In this document: piece by piece, positions 58,775 through 64,000 of the stretch | How the letters are laid out: each line of letters begins with the position of its first letter | How positions within the stretch are numbered: the stretch's first letter is position 1 | Virus record (IMG/VR): IMGVR_UViG_3300028597_000015 | Reading direction: 5' to 3' (one strand) | DNA length: 64,000 nucleotides | DNA from: an uncultured virus (IMG/VR IMGVR_UViG_3300028597_000015) | Lineage: Duplodnaviria > Heunggongvirae > Uroviricota > Caudoviricetes | Program-made: the position numbers and the translations under genes | The notes under the pieces: model-generated | Told to the model about the DNA's origin: nothing | The model's input: the letters and a program-made list of their open reading frames with translations, nothing else | Database searches by the model: none

Positions 58775-58863
58775 GACCCCCACCCCGGGGATGTTCCCGG
58801 TCGGATTCCGTGTAGCGCGCACACGCCGACGTTGATCCCCCGGGGTTGGGTTACCGCCCCTGA

Positions 58864-58970
58864 TTTCCCATGCCCGGCCCGGTTTCCCACGCCGCCCCCG
58901 GTTTCCCATACCGGGCCTCGTTTCCCATGCCGCCCCTCGTTTCCCACGTCGGACCGGCACCGTTTTCCCA
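58864..58970 (+). repeat. TTTCCCA-anchored 19-bp degenerate tandem repeat (6 copies)
   Basis: TTTCCCA starts at 58864, 58883, 58902, 58921, 58940 and 58964. Confidence 0.9.
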
Positions 58971-59209
58971 CGTCAGCCGGGGTCCTTTGCCCGCGTCGGG
59001 GGTGGATGTAGACTGCCGACACGTCGGCACTGCGGCGGGGGGAGCGAAAGCCCGCCGTGCGGCCAGCGCCCGCAACACCACGAACCCCTTGCCGCATGTT
59101 CCAGGCAGGGGGATTCGTGTGCATGGGGCCACGGCTCGGGCGGTCCTCGCCTTGGACCCAGGGGGGGCGGGTCCGTACAGGCTCATCGCCCGGGCCGGGC
59201 GGGGCCAAC

Positions 59210-59647
59210 CTACAGCACAACGGTGGCGCACTTCACCTGTGGGTTGGTGCCGGTGTTCCGGGTGCGGTCGACGGTGCCGATCGTCTGCCCGGTGTCCTGG
59301 TCGATGACCTCCATCCAGCAGTCGATCCAGCCCGTGCCGTTCAGCTCGGCCGTGACGGATGCCTGCTGGCCCTGGGGCACGGGCTCGCCGATCGGCTTGT
59401 CCATCGGCAGGGTGATGGTGCCCGTCCCGACTCCGTCCTGGGTGGTCATCACCACCTTCGCGGTGGCCGGTGCCTCGCCCGGCTGCGGGGTGGTCCGGCC
59501 GGTGGACGAGGCGACGTGGTACACCACCAGGCGGATGGCCGGGGACTCGACGCCGGTGGTGGCGGTGGTGTCCGTCGCGGTGGAGGTGCAGGCCGTGAGG
59601 CCGGTGACCAGGGTCGCCGCAGCGACCAGGGCGGTGAGCTTGCGCAT
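59210..59647 (-). CDS. Lipoprotein
   Basis: MRKLTALVAAATLVTGLTAC lipobox; Cys pair in the C-terminal domain. Confidence 0.75.
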   Translation of the reverse strand: MRKLTALVAAATLVTGLTACTSTATDTTATTGVESPAIRLVVYHVASSTGRTTPQPGEAPATAKVVMTTQDGVGTGTITLPMDKPIGEPVPQGQQASVTAELNGTGWIDCWMEVIDQDTGQTIGTVDRTRNTGTNPQVKCATVVL

Positions 59648-59961
59648 GTGTGTGGTGTCCTCTCGGGTCCGGATCGTCATCGACCCGGGCTCCATCAACG
59701 ATCCCGGTCGGTCCGTGCCGCTGCGAGCCCTGTCCGGGTGGCGGCGTTCGTCCGAACGGGTGAACTTGTCCATCCCCGCCGGACGGACGGGCGCGATTCG
59801 ACGTTCATTCGTCCGGCCCGCGCGGGCCGCGTATTCTTCGGTGGTGCGCCAAAAAATTTAATACACCAAATCGGCGAAACCCTCCCTCGGGGCGTGTGTC
59901 GTTTCGACCCCCTAGTTTGGCCTCTGAACAAACCCCTCGCCGGCCGGTCCCGGTGGGCCAT

Positions 59962-59977
59962 TCGAACGCCTGTTCGA
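59962..59977. promoter_or_regulatory. LexA (SOS) box
   Basis: TCGAAC-GCCT-GTTCGA is an exact match to the actinobacterial consensus TCGAAC-N4-GTTCGA. Confidence 0.7.
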
Positions 59978-60031
59978 CACCCAATGAACGTTTCAATCCG
60001 GGTCATTTCGCATTGCGAACTATCGGAGTAT

Positions 60032-60047
60032 TCGAATACTTGTTCGA
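60032..60047. promoter_or_regulatory. Second LexA-like box
   Basis: TCGAAT-ACTT-GTTCGA, one mismatch from consensus. Confidence 0.55.
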
Positions 60048-60134
60048 CCATTGAATTCGCGGCCGCCGCACGGCCAGGCCGGAAGATGATCATGAAAAAT
60101 GACCATTCCGCCGGCCTCCCATGATGATCTTGGT

Positions 60135-60207
60135 CGACCATTGTCGGGCAGGCTCGCGCCGTATTCAGTTGTCAATTCGCCCGACCATTTTTGGGCAGGC
60201 TCGCGCC
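60135..60207 (+). repeat. 26-bp direct repeat
   Basis: CGACCATTGTCGGGCAGGCTCGCGCC at 60135 and CGACCATTTTTGGGCAGGCTCGCGCC at 60182. Confidence 0.85.
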
Positions 60208-60374
60208 TACCTGAACAATGGTCGCCCGAAAATTCCGGGATGCGTCGATAGCGCCATCGGTCGACCATTGTTCGGCCGGTCCGGATGGCGCCATGGGTCA
60301 CGCGTGTTGGTGTCCTAGTAATCATGTAATCATGGCTTGTCAAGGGCAGCTACCGGGGCAGCTACCGCGCGGCA

Positions 60375-60421
60375 TGCCTTGCACCTAGTGATAGGGTGCA
60401 AGGCACACCACTACCGCGCGA
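60375..60421 (+). promoter_or_regulatory. Operator-like dyad plus conserved leader
   Basis: TGCCTTGCACC-N9-GGTGCAAGGCA; CACACCACTACCGCGCGA recurs at 62371-62388. Confidence 0.65.
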
Positions 60422-60442
60422 CCCATCCCGGGAGGATGCGAC

Positions 60443-61258
60443 ATGACGACTCACCACTACGTGACGCCAGACGGAACGCAATATCAGATATCGATCGATC
60501 GGGACGATGACGCCATGACTCCGCGCGATGCGGACAACGTGACGATCATGGTCACCCATGGTGGGAACATGATCAGTCCGGACCATGGCTACGTGAAAGA
60601 TTCCGAACTGCCGGATATTCCGAGTGAGTATGTCGGCGCGGGTCGCTACTCCGGTAATGTCGACATGCGACGCATCCGGAAATATGCGGCATTGTTCCTC
60701 CCGGATGTCATTGCGATCGTGGGTATCGATATCCGCCACGACTGGACGCCGACCCTGGCATTGTCCGATGACGATGAGGCAGACGGATTCATCGTCATCA
60801 CGCGCCGATCGTGGGATATGTGTATGGGTCCCGATACCGTCCCGACCATGGAACACTGCCGCGACATGATGCGGCAGGATATCGATGCCTATAACCGATA
60901 TGCGTCCGGTGAGTATGTGTCGTTCATTGTGGAACAGTTGACCGAATGGACACGCGCCGATACCGGTGAGACTCGCATGGAATGGGAGACGATCGAATCA
61001 TGCGGGTCAATCGATGATGAGGCCTACGCGTTGTCCGAAGCGGAATCATGTCTGCCGGAGGATGCGGTATCCAACGATATGGAATTAGAGTCGGACCCCG
61101 ACGATATCGATTCGCTCGATTGCGCGCGGGTCGGTTCGCATCATTCCGAAGATAGGGTGAGTGTCTATCATGGCACCATCGATCCCTACCGCATGTGTGG
61201 TTTCCACGCGTCGCAGGTCTCACCGGAATTCCTGGCGCGCGTTGCGGCAGGTGCGTGA
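60443..61258 (+). CDS. Acidic early hypothetical protein
   Basis: 271 aa, D/E-rich; GGAGG RBS; Y..Y..GE...F.VE...WETIESCG motif. Confidence 0.8.
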   Translation: MTTHHYVTPDGTQYQISIDRDDDAMTPRDADNVTIMVTHGGNMISPDHGYVKDSELPDIPSEYVGAGRYSGNVDMRRIRKYAALFLPDVIAIVGIDIRHDWTPTLALSDDDEADGFIVITRRSWDMCMGPDTVPTMEHCRDMMRQDIDAYNRYASGEYVSFIVEQLTEWTRADTGETRMEWETIESCGSIDDEAYALSEAESCLPEDAVSNDMELESDPDDIDSLDCARVGSHHSEDRVSVYHGTIDPYRMCGFHASQVSPEFLARVAAGA

Positions 61259-61260
61259 TC

Positions 61261-61800
61261 ATGTTGACTAACCACGTTTATGGTGACTGGAACCCTAGCG
61301 TGATCTACCGCGCCGAATCGTTCGCGCGCGAATGGAACGGATTCGCGGTACCGATCGTCACGCGGGAGACTCTGCGTAACATTGTCGCCGACTCACCCGA
61401 TTACTCGGTTGCGTTCGATTCCGACGGTATCGCGACAATTGATTACTCCGGCTCCGGATACGCGGTAATCACTCCGGACGCCAGGGGTCACTATGTGTGC
61501 GAATTCGGGTGGACATTCTACCGCGCCGACGATTCGGATGATGACTACATCCGCGCGTCAATCATCGATGCCATGCGGGTAGGTCTACAGGGTGAGGCAA
61601 TTCTAGGGATTGATATCCTCATCGATCGATTGCCAGCACTGGCCACGATGGCGCGCATGCTGCACTGGCAGGGACTTAACTACCGCGCGGCATGTGGCGC
61701 GGGTCGGAACGTACTCACTACCGGTGACGCAGGACAGGCAACGTGCGAGGCATGCCGCGCGGCATTCCGTCGGGAGTATGGCGCCGAACCGACGCCATAG
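61261..61800 (+). CDS. Early hypothetical protein
   Basis: WNGFAVP...GWTF, and C-terminal ACG...TCEAC. Confidence 0.75.
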   Translation: MLTNHVYGDWNPSVIYRAESFAREWNGFAVPIVTRETLRNIVADSPDYSVAFDSDGIATIDYSGSGYAVITPDARGHYVCEFGWTFYRADDSDDDYIRASIIDAMRVGLQGEAILGIDILIDRLPALATMARMLHWQGLNYRAACGAGRNVLTTGDAGQATCEACRAAFRREYGAEPTP

Positions 61801-61821
61801 CTCGACCCATCCGAACCGAAC

Positions 61822-61858
61822 CGACGGACCCGCTAGCGACCCGCTAGCGGGTCCGTCG
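61822..61858. terminator. 17-bp perfect hairpin
   Basis: CGACGGACCCGCTAGCG-ACC-CGCTAGCGGGTCCGTCG, downstream of the stop. Confidence 0.65.
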
Positions 61859-62409
61859 CGTATCCGGGGCAGGGTTACCCGCGCCGACGATTGCGCGCAT
61901 ACCCCTAAGGGGTACCGGAATCGGCCCGAATCGCTCTAGAGCGTCGAATGGGTGCAAGGCAGGGTGAGGACAGTCGGGCGGCATCCTGGCGTGCCTACGG
62001 ACCCGCTAGGCACCTTTACGGGGCATCCTGGCGTCATCCCATGGCGCCGATTGCGCCGAATGGGGCCGATTCGCGCCGAATCGGCCCGTCGGATGGGCGG
62101 AATGTCCGAATTTTTTCATGATCATTTGTAAACGATCATGGAATCGACTCGGTTGGCCTAGCAACCGAACCGACCATGATCACTACCGGTGACCGATGAC
62201 GCGTTATCGCAGGTACCGACGATGCGGCAGGGTCCGCCGGCACTTTTAGGTGACACTCGGCGGCCGCGCGCTCACTATGTGTGACGGACCTGGCCTGTCA
62301 CGCGCGGCCGCCGCTCGCACACATTCCGTAGTTTGTTGCAGGTGCCTTGCACCCATGGCACTATGGCGGACACACCACTACCGCGCGAACCGTCCGGGAG
62401 GACTACGCC

Positions 62410-62769
62410 ATGGAACTACCGCCACTACCTAGGTGCGATGCCCCGGGATGCCCTGGGCACCTAGGCAAATTTTCCGATTGCGTGACCGAAGCGCTTTACA
62501 CACTCACGCTCGATTCGGCCGACGAAACCACCGGTAACGCTATCGACTGGCACGCGCATTATTCCCTCATCATCCTGCCGGAATCGGAATCGGTCACCAT
62601 CGATGACGGTTCACCCGACGAGCGCGCGGTAATCGTTCCGTCCGGTAACTGGATTATCGAGTGTCTGTCATCCGGTCTGGTGACCGCGTGGCAATCCGAC
62701 GATTACGTTGCCGAATGGGATCGAATCGAATCGGCATACTCGGAATTTTTCGGCGAGGATGACGAATGA
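62410..62769 (+). CDS. Acidic early hypothetical protein
   Basis: GGAGG RBS; GKFSD...ADETTG...; acidic C-terminus. Confidence 0.75.
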   Translation: MELPPLPRCDAPGCPGHLGKFSDCVTEALYTLTLDSADETTGNAIDWHAHYSLIILPESESVTIDDGSPDERAVIVPSGNWIIECLSSGLVTAWQSDDYVAEWDRIESAYSEFFGEDDE

Positions 62770-62861
62770 CACCATCCGAAGCGCGCGCCATGCTTGCATG
62801 GTTGGCGCGGCTGGAATCTGAAACCTCCCGACCCGCTATCACCCGATAAGGACACAGAACA

Positions 62862-63329
62862 ATGAACGCACGTACCGCCATGGCTGCCGCAATCGCTGAG
62901 GTTTCCGAATGGAATGCCTATATGTTGGCATCGTCCGATCGCGCCGATTGTGCCTCACCCGATTCGCTCGAATCGGACGGGGCACGCATGTTGACCTTCG
63001 TCCGGGATGCCACGCTGGAAAGAATGGGTGATTGCGATGATCCGACGGATATCCGTCGGGTTATGGACGATGCTACTTACGAGATAGCGGATAGTGCCCC
63101 GTCGGTTTACACACATGCGGCATGGTCACAGTTTGTGGACCTAGGCGCATTCTATGAGGATATTACCGAGTATGGCGATATCGACGGCGAAAACATCACG
63201 CGCGACGTCGCTATGCGTGCGCTTTACATGATTGCCGATCGTCTCGCGCGTGCCATCGTCGAATATGTCGCGGACGCAATCGAATCGGCGGACGACGACG
63301 ACGACGACGACGATTCCGACGACAACTAA
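62862..63329 (+). CDS. Ocr-like (T7 gp0.3-like) DNA-mimic anti-restriction protein
   Basis: DDATYEIADSAPSVYTHAAWSQFVD parallels the recalled Ocr segment [22 protein letters not shown]. Very acidic, with a poly-Asp tail. Confidence 0.7.
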   Translation: MNARTAMAAAIAEVSEWNAYMLASSDRADCASPDSLESDGARMLTFVRDATLERMGDCDDPTDIRRVMDDATYEIADSAPSVYTHAAWSQFVDLGAFYEDITEYGDIDGENITRDVAMRALYMIADRLARAIVEYVADAIESADDDDDDDDSDDN

Positions 63330-63376
63330 CCCAACCATCCGACCATCCGACCCAACCAACCAAAAGGGGCACCATC

Positions 63377-64000
63377 ATGACTGATATCCGCTACGCCGAC
63401 CATGCCGTTACTCTGTTCTACGTCTCGCCCGACGCATTCCGCTATGGTGCGTTTGGGTGGCGCGATATGGAACCTGCCGATCGTCATTACTCCGATGTCA
63501 CCATCCCGGTATTGTTGGTCAACGATACTTCATACTCCGATTATTCCGGGAGTATGTATAACCGTTCTAACAATCGTGTCCTCATGGGTGACGGATGCCG
63601 CGTGTTGCGAGAGGTGACCGGTGACTATTCGTCAAGCGCGCTCGTGTTGACTCTGCCGCGTGCCGTGGTCCGTCGCTTGACCCGCGCGGGTCGCAATGCG
63701 TCGGCGCGCATGGCATGCGAGGCACTGGCGGACATGATCGATGCGGATACGTTGGATGACGCGCGTGCCATGGTGTGCGACGTAATCGCAGGTCTCGCCG
63801 ATTATCCCATCATCGATGAATCCGATTACTCGGAGCTGGAATCGGAATACATCTACAGTGACGAATCGTGGGAGACTGTCCGGGATGATATGGCGCTAGC
63901 GGTCGCGCGGGAGATTACCGGGGCGAATGGGCGCGATGCGTGGGAATTCGCAGGACTCATGAAGGATGATCCGACCGAATCGGCATCGTTCCGCGCGTGG
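63377..64000 (+). CDS. Acidic early protein (partial, runs off the window)
   Basis: Read by hand: MTDIRYADH...SDYSGS...LADYPIIDESDYSELESE...; no stop before 64000. Confidence 0.7.
   Translation, partial: MTDIRYADHAVTLFYVSPDAFRYGAFGWRDMEPADRHYSDVTIPVLLVNDTSYSDYSGSMYNRSNNRVLMGDGCRVLREVTGDYSSSALVLTLPRAVVRRLTRAGRNASARMACEALADMIDADTLDDARAMVCDVIAGLADYPIIDESDYSELESEYIYSDESWETVRDDMALAVAREITGANGRDAWEFAGLMKDDPTESASFRAW

Noticed and set aside
58864..58970. CRISPR or mini-array
   Set aside because: The constant part is only 7-8 nt, and the 12-nt linkers resemble each other, so this is a degenerate tandem repeat and not a repeat-spacer array.
60379..60410. TTGCAC here and at 36640-36645 as SigA -35 boxes
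   Set aside because: There is no TANNNT at 17-18 nt spacing, so they were treated as operator-like dyads instead.
1..64000. tRNA, tmRNA or rRNA genes, IS elements, host genes or prophage boundary
   Set aside because: None was recognised by eye. tRNAscan-SE or Aragorn was not run, so a divergent tRNA cannot be excluded.

Overview
The window is essentially all phage: a high-GC, temperate, long-tailed (siphovirus-like) actinobacteriophage. It appears to be most of one genome, and a putatively intact attP suggests the non-integrated form. Layout: (1) 0.1-33.3 kb, + strand virion operon. It runs terS, a collagen-like fibre cluster, terL, portal, MuF-like protein, an inserted VUT/YhhQ plus TGT-like pair, scaffold, capsid, head-tail connectors, major tail, -1 frameshifted chaperones, a 2009-aa tape measure with NlpC/P60 and SLT domains, baseplate, split lysin, holin and a second fibre/RBP cluster. 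(2) 33.3-39.9 kb, small - strand genes, many Zn-binding, plus an RHH regulator and a 6C-like structured RNA. (3) 40-46.5 kb, integration/immunity region: candidate attP, phiRv1-type serine integrase, repressor-like and RDF-like genes, and a divergent promoter pair each followed by a copy of one covarying multi-hairpin RNA element. (4) 46-58.8 kb, replication and recombination genes: ParB-like, Cas4-like nuclease, SSB, prim-pol/helicase, resolvase, C5 methyltransferase. (5) 58.8-64 kb, repeat-rich non-coding DNA with LexA-type boxes, then a compositionally distinct cluster of acidic proteins including an Ocr-like DNA mimic. The best candidates for undescribed systems are the twin put/nut-like leader RNAs (45.65-46.02 kb), the phage-borne 6C-like RNA (38.74-38.87 kb) and the salvage-type deazaguanine transporter plus transglycosylase cassette (8.7-9.8 kb). 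All calls come from reading the sequence and recalled family motifs; no searches were run.
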